Positions 9,554 through 18,985 of a stretch of 64,000 nucleotides of DNA are shown here, piece by piece; position 1 is the first letter of the stretch; each line of letters starts with the position of its first letter. The DNA is taken from positions 13,547 through 77,546 of the forward strand of contig CAYWRH010000003.1 in assembly GCA_964460435.1 (NCBI GenBank), given 5' to 3'. Under the pieces are notes generated by a model. It was not told the origin of the DNA and ran no database searches. It was given only the letters and a program-made list of their open reading frames with translations. The stretch is from an uncultured Desulfatiglans sp. (GTDB lineage Bacteria > Desulfobacterota > DSM-4660 > Desulfatiglandales > HGW-15). Made by a program: the position numbers and the translations under genes.

Positions 9554-11071
9554 CTATACCCCTCCTGAAAATGCCTTCAGGGTGTAATAGAGATCATTCC
9601 ACTTGAGCTCCTTTTTAAAAGAGCTGATATCTGTTTTGTCATCTATTAACACCATCTCTATGCCGCACATTTCACAGAAATCTGTCAGCATCTCGGTTGT
9701 TACCTGTTTGCTGTACCCGGTATGGTGGGCGCCGCCGCCCAGTATCCATGCATGGGAGGCTGTTTCAAGATTTGGTTTTGGCTTCCATAGAACGCGCGCC
9801 ACAGGGAGCTTTGGAAGCCTCTCTTTGATGTTTACTGTGTAGACCTCATTCACCAAAAGCCTGAAGCGGTTTCCCATGTCAATGAGTGATGCGTTAACAG
9901 AATCCCCTTCCGGCACATTAAATACCAGCCTTACAGGGTCTTCCTTGCCACCGATACCAAGCGGATGTATCTCCAGCTTAACCTTTTCACAACCTGATAT
10001 GGATGGGCAGACCTCAAGCATGTGGGCTCCAAGTACCATTGGATTAGCAGGGTCCAGGTGATAAGTGTAATCCTCCATAAATGAGGTGCCGCCCGAGAGC
10101 CCTTTACCCATAACCTTCATGGCACGCACCAGAAGCGCTGTCTTCCAGTCCCCCTCTGCGCCAAACCCATACCCCTTTTCCATAAGCCTCTGGCATGCAA
10201 AACCTGGAAGCTGTTTCATGCCCTCAAGGTCTTCAAAGGTGGTGGTAAAGGCGCTGAAATTTCCGTCCACCAGAAAGTCCTCAATACCAGCCTCCAACCG
10301 GGCAGCCTCCTTGAGGCTATCATGCCGTTTGCCTCCGGGAAGCAGTTCCTTGTCAACAGCATAGATCTCTTTGTATTCTTTGATCAATGCGTCAATCCGG
10401 TCTGCTTTCACCGCCCTGATCCTTGCCACCAGGTCTCCCACTCCGTAACCATACACATCAAAACCAAAGGCGATCTGGGCAGCAACCTTGTCGCCTTCTG
10501 TGACAGCAACATCCCTCATGTTATCCCCGAAGCGGGCCACCTTTGCGCCCCTTATATCCCTGAGCGCCGCTGCAGCGCGTATCCATGAGCTGATCTTCTG
10601 CTGAACATTTTCATCTTTCCAGTAGCCTGAGACCACCTTGCGGGCTATCTTCATCCTTGTGTTGATGTATCCGTGCTCCCTGTCGCCGTGGGCAGACTGG
10701 TTGAGGTTCATGAAATCCATGTCTATCTCGCCCCAGGGTATATCCCTGTTGTACTGGGTGTGCAGGTGAAGGATCGGTTTATCTAACACCTTAAGCCCGT
10801 TGATCCACATCTTTGATGGTGAAAAGGTGTGCATCCAGAGGATTACGCCGGCGCAATGGTCATCTGCGCTTGCCCTGGTACAGAAATCCGTGATCTCCTG
10901 CGGTGTGGTCAGAATGCCCTTATACTGGATCTCAGCGGGTATCTGATCCTGCCTGTTCAGGTACCCGGCAATCTCTTCTGTATGTGACCGCACCTGTTTC
11001 AGGGTCTCATCCCCGTAAAGGTGCTGGCTCCCTGCAACCATCCATATAGAGATATTCTCGTATGCTTTCAT
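9554..11071 (-). CDS. araA: L-arabinose isomerase
   Basis: 505 aa. N-terminus [19 protein letters not shown], and the overall length and pattern are typical of AraA. Confidence 0.9.
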   Translation of the reverse strand: MKAYENISIWMVAGSQHLYGDETLKQVRSHTEEIAGYLNRQDQIPAEIQYKGILTTPQEITDFCTRASADDHCAGVILWMHTFSPSKMWINGLKVLDKPILHLHTQYNRDIPWGEIDMDFMNLNQSAHGDREHGYINTRMKIARKVVSGYWKDENVQQKISSWIRAAAALRDIRGAKVARFGDNMRDVAVTEGDKVAAQIAFGFDVYGYGVGDLVARIRAVKADRIDALIKEYKEIYAVDKELLPGGKRHDSLKEAARLEAGIEDFLVDGNFSAFTTTFEDLEGMKQLPGFACQRLMEKGYGFGAEGDWKTALLVRAMKVMGKGLSGGTSFMEDYTYHLDPANPMVLGAHMLEVCPSISGCEKVKLEIHPLGIGGKEDPVRLVFNVPEGDSVNASLIDMGNRFRLLVNEVYTVNIKERLPKLPVARVLWKPKPNLETASHAWILGGGAHHTGYSKQVTTEMLTDFCEMCGIEMVLIDDKTDISSFKKELKWNDLYYTLKAFSGGV

Positions 11072-11108
11072 ATCCTTTTCCTTTCCTTATATTAGTTATT
11101 ATCAGTCA

Positions 11109-11783
11109 TCAAAACGCCTTATGCTCATGAACAAGTGTCTCGAGATGTGCCAGAGAGAGCTCATCAAGGTTATTAACAACAAGGTCTGCATTATTTAGGT
11201 GATCGTGGGTGGATAGTACACCCACGCAGGCCATACCGGCCAGGCGCGCTGCTTCAAGCCCAGCAGGCGCATCCTCAATCACTATGCAGTTAGCTGGCAA
11301 GACGCCAAGTTTCAGTGAGGCGGTTAAACACCCCTCCGGATGGGGCTTACCCTGGCTTACATCCTCAGCGCATATAAGAGCAGCAAATGTATCAGAGAGA
11401 TTGAGCGCTTCCAGTATTGCAGTTATGTTCATGCGCGGCGCTGATGAGACGATTGCCTGGGGCCAGCCGCCTGTTTTCGCATCATCCAATAGCTGCCCTG
11501 CGCCAGGCAGGAGCATAACCCCCTCTCTTTTCAGCGCCTCCCTGAATGCATGTTCTTTTGCATCACCGATCCTAACCACCTCAGCATCCGAAAGCCCTGC
11601 CCCTAAAAGGCTGCGTAATATCGCATCATTCCGCTGGCCAAAGGTTTTAAGGAATGTTTCCCATGTGAGATCATATTTTTCTTTTGACAGCACCTCTTTC
11701 CATGCGAGCCAGTGCGCCTCGCGGGTATCTGCCATAGTGCCGTCCATATCCCATATAATGGCAAAGGTGTTATTTCCCTTCAT
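11109..11783 (-). CDS. HAD-superfamily hydrolase (beta-phosphoglucomutase-like subfamily)
   Basis: Motif I: FAIIWDMDGTMADT. Downstream HAD motifs: VSSAPR, KPHPE, VIEDAPAGLEAARLAGM. Confidence 0.8.
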   Translation of the reverse strand: MKGNNTFAIIWDMDGTMADTREAHWLAWKEVLSKEKYDLTWETFLKTFGQRNDAILRSLLGAGLSDAEVVRIGDAKEHAFREALKREGVMLLPGAGQLLDDAKTGGWPQAIVSSAPRMNITAILEALNLSDTFAALICAEDVSQGKPHPEGCLTASLKLGVLPANCIVIEDAPAGLEAARLAGMACVGVLSTHDHLNNADLVVNNLDELSLAHLETLVHEHKAF

Positions 11784-11825
11784 GCCTATTCCCCTTTTTG
11801 AATAAGAGAGGTTTAAAGCCTGTTG

Positions 11826-13421
11826 CTACAAGCAGGTTACAGCAGCCTCTTCTATGGCAAGCCCCCTGTGATAGCGTTCAAAGAATTTATTAAACCCCTT
11901 TACATCCTCCGGGTCAGGTTTTACAGCCTTCTGGATGCTGTCACAAAAGACATTTGCAAGGAATTCAGGCAGGGTAACCTTTTTATCCTTTCGAACCATA
12001 AAGGCTGCAAGCAGTGCCATGCCCCATGCCCCCCCCTCTCCGGCGGTCTTCAGGGTGGAAACCGGTGTCCCTGTGGCCGCTGCCATGATCTTTTGACCAA
12101 CCTCCGGGGATTTGAAAAAACCGCCATGCCCTCTTATCTCATCAACCTTTGCGCCCTCTTCGTTAAAAAGCACATTAAGACCTGTCCGCAAGGCACACAA
12201 GGAGGTGAACAGATGGGTGCGCATAAAATTGGCCAGGTTGAATCGTGCTTCAGGTGAACGGACAAACAGGGGGCGGCCTTCAGTGAACCCGGTAATGTGT
12301 TCACCTGAAACATATCCGTAACTCATTAGCCCTCCGCAGTCAGGGTCGCCCTTCAGCGCCTGAGCAAGCAGGGTATCATAAAGAAGAGTCCTGGATACCC
12401 CTTTGCCCAGGCTTTCAAGCGCCTCGCCAAATAGATTTATCCAGCCATCATAATCGGTGCTGCAGTTATTTGAGTGGGCCATGCCCACAAGGTGCCCGTC
12501 AGGGGTGGTGACAAGGTCTACCTCATGGTGTACCTTTGTTAGCTCCTTTTCCAGGACAATCATTGCAAATACGGATGTGCCTGCTGATACATTGCCTGTC
12601 CTTTTTGCAACACTGTTGGTGGCTGCCATGCCGGTTCCCGCATCACCCTCAGGAGGCGCAACAGGAACACCAGGTTTAAGCATCCCTGAAGGGTCAAGCA
12701 GAAGGGCGCCCTCTTCTGTGAGCAGGCCGCCATTCTCCCCCGCGCACAGCACCTCAGGCAGGATTTCCCTGACCCGCCATCTGAACCCTTTTTCCTTTAT
12801 ATGGTTATCAAACAGGGCGCACATATCCATATTAAAATCCTTTGTTTCAAGATCAATGGGAAACATCCCTGAGGCATCGCCGATGCCTATTACCTTTTTC
12901 CCGGTGAGTCTAAAGTGGATGTAGCCTGCCAGGGTAGTCATAAAGGCGATATCCCTAACGTGCGCCTCATTATTGAGAACTGCCTGGTAAAGGTGCGCAA
13001 TGCTCCAGCGCTGGGGAATGGGATAATTAAAAAGATTGGTCAGCTCCTCTGATGCAGCCCCTGTTATATTGTTGCGCCATGTCCGAAAGGGGGTGAGCTG
13101 ATTGCCGTTACGGTCAAAAACCATATAGCCATGCATCATGGCGCTGAAACCAAGCGCCCGGATGTGGCTTAAATGGACACCGTATTTATCCCGGACATTT
13201 TGTGCAAGGTCTCTATAACAGCTCCTGAGACCTTCCCATATTCTCTCCAGTGGATAGGTCCATATGCCATTTACCAGGGAGTTCTCCCAGTCAAATCCCC
13301 CCGCGGCCAGAGGGTTGTGATCTTCACCGATCAGCACAGCCTTGATCCGGGTAGAGCCAAATTCAATGCCCAGTACAACATCTCCGCCTTTAATCATGGA
13401 CAGGGTTTTGTCTGTTTCCAT
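11826..13421 (-). CDS. FGGY-family sugar kinase, probable L-ribulokinase
   Basis: Phosphate-1 loop VLGIEFGSTRIKAVL plus FGGY-type C-terminal blocks. Sits between araA and araD. I use the ATG at 13421 (AGGA 8 nt upstream), because the track TTG start at 13487 would read through the promoter and operator. Confidence 0.75.
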   Translation of the reverse strand: METDKTLSMIKGGDVVLGIEFGSTRIKAVLIGEDHNPLAAGGFDWENSLVNGIWTYPLERIWEGLRSCYRDLAQNVRDKYGVHLSHIRALGFSAMMHGYMVFDRNGNQLTPFRTWRNNITGAASEELTNLFNYPIPQRWSIAHLYQAVLNNEAHVRDIAFMTTLAGYIHFRLTGKKVIGIGDASGMFPIDLETKDFNMDMCALFDNHIKEKGFRWRVREILPEVLCAGENGGLLTEEGALLLDPSGMLKPGVPVAPPEGDAGTGMAATNSVAKRTGNVSAGTSVFAMIVLEKELTKVHHEVDLVTTPDGHLVGMAHSNNCSTDYDGWINLFGEALESLGKGVSRTLLYDTLLAQALKGDPDCGGLMSYGYVSGEHITGFTEGRPLFVRSPEARFNLANFMRTHLFTSLCALRTGLNVLFNEEGAKVDEIRGHGGFFKSPEVGQKIMAAATGTPVSTLKTAGEGGAWGMALLAAFMVRKDKKVTLPEFLANVFCDSIQKAVKPDPEDVKGFNKFFERYHRGLAIEEAAVTCL

Positions 13422-13440
13422 TTTATATCCTGTTATTTTT

Positions 13441-13458
13441 TGCGTTATCGATAACGCA
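13441..13458. promoter_or_regulatory. LacI-type operator, perfect 18-bp palindrome TGCGTTATCGATAACGCA (copy 1)
   Basis: Exact palindrome directly downstream of the minus-strand -10 box and about 20 nt upstream of the kinase ATG. Confidence 0.7.
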
Positions 13459-13487
13459 ATATTATTAGAGGGCCCTGTTTTTGTCAA
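13459..13487 (-). promoter_or_regulatory. Sigma70-type promoter for the kinase-HAD-araA unit
   Basis: Read on the minus strand: TTGACA (13487-13482), 17 nt spacer, TAATAT (13464-13459). Confidence 0.55.
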
Positions 13488-13530
13488 TTATATCTTTTAG
13501 ATAGAGTAAATACCCTTCCGCTTAAAATCA

Positions 13531-13559
13531 TTGACACGAAAAATGAGAGATAATATAGT
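13531..13559 (+). promoter_or_regulatory. Sigma70-type promoter for the lacI-araD-GH51... unit
   Basis: TTGACA (13531-13536), 17 nt spacer, TATAGT (13554-13559). Confidence 0.55.
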
Positions 13560-13576
13560 GCGTTATCGATAACGCA
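13559..13576. promoter_or_regulatory. LacI-type operator, identical 18-bp palindrome TGCGTTATCGATAACGCA (copy 2)
   Basis: Exact second copy. It begins at the last base of the plus-strand -10 box, 118 bp centre-to-centre from copy 1. Confidence 0.7.
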
Positions 13577-13591
13577 TTGAGCGGAGATTTC

Positions 13592-14659
13592 ATGACAACC
13601 ATGAAGGATATCGCTGAGGCCGCAGGGATTTCTATCGGCACAGTGGACAGGATAATCCATAACAGGGGACGTTATTCTGAAGAAACAGCTGAACTGGTGC
13701 GCAAGGCCATGAAGGAGCTGAACTACATCCCCAACATCCATGCCAGGGGGCTGAAGCAGACAAAAAAACATATCTTCAGTGTTGTCCTTCCTTACAGGGA
13801 ACAGGATGGCGGGTACTGGCGTCTTATAGAAGAGGGGGTAATCAAGGCCGCTCAGGAACTTGCCTCCTTTGGAAATGATGTCAGCATATTCCCATTTGAC
13901 CGCTACTCCTCTTCATCCTGTATTGGTGCCCTTACCAGCGCGCTCTCATCTGATGCAGAGGGCCTGCTTATTGCCCCATGCCGCCCCGATGATATGAGGC
14001 CTCTTCTGGAGCATACGGGCATACCCTATATCTTTATTGATAACAATATCCCTGATCTCAAGATGAGAACCGCATACATAGGGCAGGACTCCCGCCAGAG
14101 CGGCATACTCGCCGGCAAGCTTATGAGCCTGCTCATAGCAGGCAAGGGCCCGGTAGGGCAGGATCAATATGTGCTGATTGTTGATCCGCCAGGCACCAAT
14201 TTTCATCTCCGTAACCGCATCGAGGGGTTCCGCTATTATATGGATGCAGTCGTGCCGGAAGTAAGGTTAATGACGCTGAAGGCAGAGGCGGATGATGAAC
14301 TGCACTTTCACATGAGGCTTAAGGAATTCCACACAAAGATAAAGCCCCTGCCCATAGGGATATTCGCAGCCAACTCCTCTGTGTACTATATCGCATCCTT
14401 TCTTGAAAAAGAGGGGGATGACTACATATCCATTCCGCTTGTAGGCTACGATATCATCCCTGGCAGGGAGTCTGCTGTGGAGAAGGGTATTATAGATTTT
14501 ATCCTTACACAGCAGCCGGAAGTCCAGGGATACCGTGGAATTATTATGCTCTATGATCATATTGTGCTCAAAAAAGAGGTAATTAAAGAGGTGATCATGC
14601 CTCTGAACATCATAACAAGGGAAAACATACATACCTTTACAGATTACGTGAACAGCTGA
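13592..14659 (+). CDS. LacI-family transcriptional regulator
   Basis: N-terminal HTH MKDIAEAAGISIGTVDRIIHNRGRYS, then a periplasmic-binding-protein-like sugar-binding fold. The track start at 13577 is also possible. Confidence 0.85.
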   Translation: MTTMKDIAEAAGISIGTVDRIIHNRGRYSEETAELVRKAMKELNYIPNIHARGLKQTKKHIFSVVLPYREQDGGYWRLIEEGVIKAAQELASFGNDVSIFPFDRYSSSSCIGALTSALSSDAEGLLIAPCRPDDMRPLLEHTGIPYIFIDNNIPDLKMRTAYIGQDSRQSGILAGKLMSLLIAGKGPVGQDQYVLIVDPPGTNFHLRNRIEGFRYYMDAVVPEVRLMTLKAEADDELHFHMRLKEFHTKIKPLPIGIFAANSSVYYIASFLEKEGDDYISIPLVGYDIIPGRESAVEKGIIDFILTQQPEVQGYRGIIMLYDHIVLKKEVIKEVIMPLNIITRENIHTFTDYVNS

Positions 14660-14678
14660 TTCATGCAAAGGAGGAGAT

Positions 14679-15386
14679 ATGAGTAATTTCAGGGAGCTCA
14701 AAGAGGCATGCTGGAGGGCCAATATGGAGATCCCCAGGCAGAAACTGGCGATCTATACCTTCGGCAATGTAAGCGCCCTTGATGCCAAAGAGGCAAAATT
14801 TGCCATAAAGCCAAGCGGCGTCCCCTATGATGAGATGAAACCCGATGATATGGTTATTGTGGATATGGATGGAAACAGGGTAGAGGGAAAATTAAACCCC
14901 TCTTCCGACACCCCTACCCATGCTGTGCTCTACCGCTCTTTGCCGGGCATTAAAGGCATCGCACACGCTCACTCACCCTATGCAGTAGCATGGGCACAGG
15001 CCTGCCGACCGATCCCCATTTACGGGACAACCCATGCTGACCATCTTTTTAATGACATCCCTGTCACCAAAGTGATGAGTGATAAGATGATAAAAGGGCA
15101 GTATGAGGAAGAGACTGGCCATCAGATTATAAATGCCCTGAAAGAAAAAAATCTCTCGCAGCTTGATGTGCAGATGATACTGGTAGCGTGCCACGGGCCA
15201 TTCACCTGGGGCGAAACACCGGATAAGGCGGTCTACAATGCGGTTGTGCTGGAAGAGATAGCCCGGATGGCCTACATAACAGAGCAGATTAATCCTGATA
15301 TCAAAAGGATGAAGGCGGCCCTGATAAACAAACATTATCAGAGAAAACATGGAAAAGAGGCATACTATGGCCAGGGAAAAAATTAA
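14679..15386 (+). CDS. araD: L-ribulose-5-phosphate 4-epimerase
   Basis: 235 aa. Class II aldolase/epimerase pattern: FRELKEACWRANMEIPRQKLAIYTFGNVSALD, HAHSPYA, GTTHADH. Confidence 0.9.
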   Translation: MSNFRELKEACWRANMEIPRQKLAIYTFGNVSALDAKEAKFAIKPSGVPYDEMKPDDMVIVDMDGNRVEGKLNPSSDTPTHAVLYRSLPGIKGIAHAHSPYAVAWAQACRPIPIYGTTHADHLFNDIPVTKVMSDKMIKGQYEEETGHQIINALKEKNLSQLDVQMILVACHGPFTWGETPDKAVYNAVVLEEIARMAYITEQINPDIKRMKAALINKHYQRKHGKEAYYGQGKN

Positions 15387-15402
15387 CCAAAGGAGGGTCA
15401 TT

Positions 15403-17370
15403 ATGAAAAATATATTTATCAGCCTTCTTACAATAAACCTTTTAGTAATTCCTTTAGCAAAGGCTGAAACAGTGAACATAAAGCTTGACCTCAAAAATCA
15501 GGGTGAGGCGATCAGCCCCTATATCTACGGTCAGTTCATCGAGCACCTTGGCCGATGTATTTATGGCGGCATATGGGCTGAGATGCTTGAAGACAGAAAG
15601 TTTTATTTCCCGATTACCGCAAATTATGCGCCCTATGTGAGTCTTGCAGATACAGGTTACCCCGTGGTAGGCGCATCCCCATGGGAGATAGTTGGCGATC
15701 CGGCCAGGGTTACGATGGTAACAAAGGAGCCTTTTGTCGGCGATCATACACCGCATCTAAGAGAGGGGGCAGCAATACAGCAGCATGACCTTGCAGTTAT
15801 TGCCGGCAAAAAATATACAGGCTATATCTGGCTTAAATCGGACAATAATAAGGATGCCCGTGTCAGCCTCTCCATGGTGATTGATAATAAAATTATTCCG
15901 CTTAAAACCATATCGCCTTCGAACAGTTATACAAAAACCGAATTTGAATTCACAGCCAATAAGGACAGCGACAGTGCAACCCTTAAAATAGAGGCGACCG
16001 CGGGAGATGTCTTTATCGGGACAGTATCACTCATGCCCGGGGATAATATCAAAGGCATGCGCAGGGATACGATTGCCCTGCTAAAGGAGTTGAATGCCCC
16101 CCTCTACCGCTGGCCCGGCGGAAATTTTACAAGCGGTTATGACTGGCATGATGGCATTGGTGACCGTGACCGCAGGCCTCCGCGCAAGAACCCGGCATGG
16201 ACAGGGGTGGAGCATAATGATTTCGGAACAGATGAGTTCATCGCCTTCTGCCGTGAGATAAATACTGAACCCATGATAGCCGCCAACACAGGCTTCGGCG
16301 ATGCCTACTGTGCGGCAGAATGGGTGGAGTACTGCAATGGAGGGGCAGAGACCACGGGCGGCAGGTATCGCATCAAAAACGGCAATGAGAAACCTTTCAA
16401 TGTAAAACGATGGTGTGTGGGTAACGAGATGTTCGGCGACTGGCAGCTCGGTTTCATGCAGCTCAAGCAATACACCATCAAACATAACATCGTTGCCAAG
16501 GCAATGTGGGAAAAGGACCCTGACCTTGTGCTTGTGGGTGTCGGTAGCTTTGACACCATTAATGCGGCATTTGATCCTGATTCAAAACAGAAAAACAGGA
16601 CATGGTCACGGGGTATGCTTGAGGAGTGCGCAGAATATATGAACATGCTCTCCGAACATTTTTATGTGGGTCGTGTCCCCTGGAATAATGATGGTCGCAA
16701 GCCTGTTCTTGAGCATGTGCCCATGGTAAAAAACTCCATCCGTGAACGGGTGGAGGCACACAAAAAATTACAGGCATCAATCGAAAGCCTTAAAGGTCGT
16801 TTTGTGCCCATCACCATGGATGAATGGAATTACTGGCACCGTGATTATGTATATGGAGAACTGGGCTGCATATATGATCTGCAGGATGCCCTTGGCATCG
16901 CAATGGGGCTGCATGAGTTTTATCGCCAGAGCAAGTTTATCCATGCAGCAAATTACGCGCAGACTGTAAATGTGATAGGCGCTATCAAGACCACTAAAAC
17001 CAAAGCGGAGTTTGATTCAACCGGGCTTGTGCTCAAGCTTTACCGCAATCAGTTCGGTTCAATACCATTAAGGTTTACCGGGGAGATAGGCGCCCTTGAT
17101 GTGATGGCAGCCCTGAATGAATCGGGTAAAACAGTCACATTAAGCGCTGTAAACCCTACAGAAAAAGAGATCGTAATAAAACTTGATGGTCTGAGTCTTC
17201 CACCATACGCAGCGCTATATGTTATCACAGGTGAAAAGGATTCATCGTTTAATGCACCCGGCAAAAAGAGGGGAGTGGATATTTATAACAGGGGCAGGGT
17301 ATCAATTAAAGGCGGGCTTAAGGCCGCACCTCTAAGCGCAAGCCTTTGGGAGATTGAGATTATAGATTAA
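15403..17370 (+). CDS. Exported GH51 alpha-L-arabinofuranosidase (long form)
   Basis: ATG at 15403 follows AAGGAGGG. Signal peptide MKNIFISLLTINLLVIPLAKA. GH51 blocks: YGQFIEHLGRCIYGGIW, YRWPGGNFTSGYDWHDGIG, WCVGNEMFG. Confidence 0.85.
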   Translation: MKNIFISLLTINLLVIPLAKAETVNIKLDLKNQGEAISPYIYGQFIEHLGRCIYGGIWAEMLEDRKFYFPITANYAPYVSLADTGYPVVGASPWEIVGDPARVTMVTKEPFVGDHTPHLREGAAIQQHDLAVIAGKKYTGYIWLKSDNNKDARVSLSMVIDNKIIPLKTISPSNSYTKTEFEFTANKDSDSATLKIEATAGDVFIGTVSLMPGDNIKGMRRDTIALLKELNAPLYRWPGGNFTSGYDWHDGIGDRDRRPPRKNPAWTGVEHNDFGTDEFIAFCREINTEPMIAANTGFGDAYCAAEWVEYCNGGAETTGGRYRIKNGNEKPFNVKRWCVGNEMFGDWQLGFMQLKQYTIKHNIVAKAMWEKDPDLVLVGVGSFDTINAAFDPDSKQKNRTWSRGMLEECAEYMNMLSEHFYVGRVPWNNDGRKPVLEHVPMVKNSIRERVEAHKKLQASIESLKGRFVPITMDEWNYWHRDYVYGELGCIYDLQDALGIAMGLHEFYRQSKFIHAANYAQTVNVIGAIKTTKTKAEFDSTGLVLKLYRNQFGSIPLRFTGEIGALDVMAALNESGKTVTLSAVNPTEKEIVIKLDGLSLPPYAALYVITGEKDSSFNAPGKKRGVDIYNRGRVSIKGGLKAAPLSASLWEIEIID

Positions 17371-17413
17371 CAAAGTCTGCACCAAGGTGACAGGCTTTGT
17401 TAATCTCATTTTT
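17367..17413 (+). terminator. Rho-independent terminator or attenuator between the two GH51 genes
   Basis: 13-bp stem TTAACAAAGTCTG (17367-17379) pairs with CAGGCTTTGTTAA (17391-17403). Loop is 11 nt, followed by TCTCATTTTT. The stop codon lies inside the 5' arm. Confidence 0.55.
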
Positions 17414-17434
17414 AAAAAACAATGAGAGGTAAAA

Positions 17435-18973
17435 TTGAATAAGCTAATTTTATTACTATTTTGTTTAGCTAATCTTTCCTTTTCCATTCATGCCGGGAAT
17501 GCGACAATTAAAATAGATGTCGATAGAAAGATAGGTGACATTGACCCTAAAATATACGGGGTGTTTATGGAGCCGATCCAGTTTAATCCTGCCGATTTTA
17601 AAGGAGAAGCTTCATTTCCGGAAAATACCCTGTATGGCATTCTCTATGATCCCGAATCACCTCTTGCCAATGAGGATGGTTTTAAAAGGAACTTCATTGA
17701 GGCAGGCCGCGAACTCAAGATCACCAACATGCGATGGCCGGGGGGAAATTATGTAGCGGGCTACAACTGGCAGGATGGCATTGGTCCGAAGGAGAAGAGA
17801 CCTGTGCGTAAGGAGCTTGCATGGGGAACACTTGATACCAACCAGGTTGGGACTGATGAATGGGTAAAACTCAACAGGGCCCTTGGAACTGAAAATGTGC
17901 TGTGTATTAACCTGGGAACCGGCACATTGAATGATGCCAGGTACTGGGTTGAATATACCAACTCGGAAGTGGGCAGCTATTATGCGGATCTGCGCGCAAA
18001 ATACGGAAACAAGGAACCCTACAGGATCAAATACTGGTGTCTGGGCAATGAGGTGGACGGCTCTCCCTGGATAATGGGGCACAAAGATGCTGAAGATTAC
18101 ACCAAGATTGCCAGAGAGGCCGCAAAGATCATGAGGTATACGGATAAGAGTATCAAGTTTATTGCCAGTGGATCATCATACTATGAACCCACCGGCAGGT
18201 GGATGGACTGGAACCTTAAGGTGTTAACTGAATTAAGGGATTTTGCTGATTTCATCTCAATACACCGCTACTGGGAGGATGATAAGGATTATTATATACA
18301 CATGGCGAAATGGGCTAATGATATTGAGGAAAAGATCCGGATAACAGCAGCCCAGATTCAGGAGGTGCGGACTAGATACAGGGTCAGTAAACCCATCTAT
18401 ATCTCCTTTGACGAATGGGCGCCATACAACAGAGGATATCAGGGAACACTGGCCACTGCCCAGTTCCTGAATTCCTTTATACGCCATGCTGATGTGGTCA
18501 AGATGGCTAACTATACGATGTTTACTACCCTTCTGGGCTATGATCAAAAAAACGGCTCATTCAAGACACATCTGTTTTATGCCTTCAAACTCTTCTCAAA
18601 TAACTGTCTTGGTGAATCGGTTGATGTCTTTGTTGATGGAGAGACATTTGATGTGGACGAACAAAATAAAAATATCCCCTATCTCGATGTCACTGCGGTC
18701 TATTCAAGGGAGCAGGATGCCTTGTTTGTAAATGTGGTAAACAGGCACAAAGATGAGCCGATCACTGCTGATATTATAAGCAGCGCAGGCGCTTTCATGG
18801 GAAAGGCTCAAATAAGCGAGATAAACATGAAGGACATCAATGCAGCATACAGGTTCGATGAGCAGGAAAAATACCTTCCTGTTACAAGTGACAAACCTGT
18901 GAAAGGAAACAGGATAGCCTATACATTTCCTGCGCATTCATTTACCCAGATAAAGGTTAAAATTGAAAAGTAA
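17435..18973 (+). CDS. Exported GH51 alpha-L-arabinofuranosidase (short form)
   Basis: TTG start after GAGAGG. Has a signal peptide. Blocks: YGVFMEP, MRWPGGNYVAGYNWQDGIGP, YWCLGNEVDG, FDEWAPY. Confidence 0.85.
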   Translation: MNKLILLLFCLANLSFSIHAGNATIKIDVDRKIGDIDPKIYGVFMEPIQFNPADFKGEASFPENTLYGILYDPESPLANEDGFKRNFIEAGRELKITNMRWPGGNYVAGYNWQDGIGPKEKRPVRKELAWGTLDTNQVGTDEWVKLNRALGTENVLCINLGTGTLNDARYWVEYTNSEVGSYYADLRAKYGNKEPYRIKYWCLGNEVDGSPWIMGHKDAEDYTKIAREAAKIMRYTDKSIKFIASGSSYYEPTGRWMDWNLKVLTELRDFADFISIHRYWEDDKDYYIHMAKWANDIEEKIRITAAQIQEVRTRYRVSKPIYISFDEWAPYNRGYQGTLATAQFLNSFIRHADVVKMANYTMFTTLLGYDQKNGSFKTHLFYAFKLFSNNCLGESVDVFVDGETFDVDEQNKNIPYLDVTAVYSREQDALFVNVVNRHKDEPITADIISSAGAFMGKAQISEINMKDINAAYRFDEQEKYLPVTSDKPVKGNRIAYTFPAHSFTQIKVKIEK

Positions 18974-18985
18974 AGGAGAATTATC

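Noticed and set aside
11209-11805. 198-aa plus-strand ORF, and similar long ORFs at 1783..2325 (-), 23312..23680 (-), 24886..25233 (-), 30163..30834 (-), 37203..37784 (-), 40901..41524 (-), 51534..52103 (+) and 52719..53174 (-).
   Set aside because: Each lies entirely antisense to a CDS with clear family motifs. Each has a low-complexity Ser/Pro/Ala/Arg-rich translation and no RBS. I treated them as shadow ORFs.
13422-13487. The track start (TTG at 13487) for the FGGY kinase.
   Set aside because: That extension would be translated through the -35 box, the -10 box and the 18-bp operator. The ATG at 13421 has an AGGA RBS and gives a normal kinase N-terminus.
15349-15402. The track start at 15349 for the first GH51, which overlaps the araD 3' end.
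   Set aside because: The ATG at 15403 is preceded by AAGGAGGG and begins a canonical signal peptide. The upstream extension is basic and unstructured.
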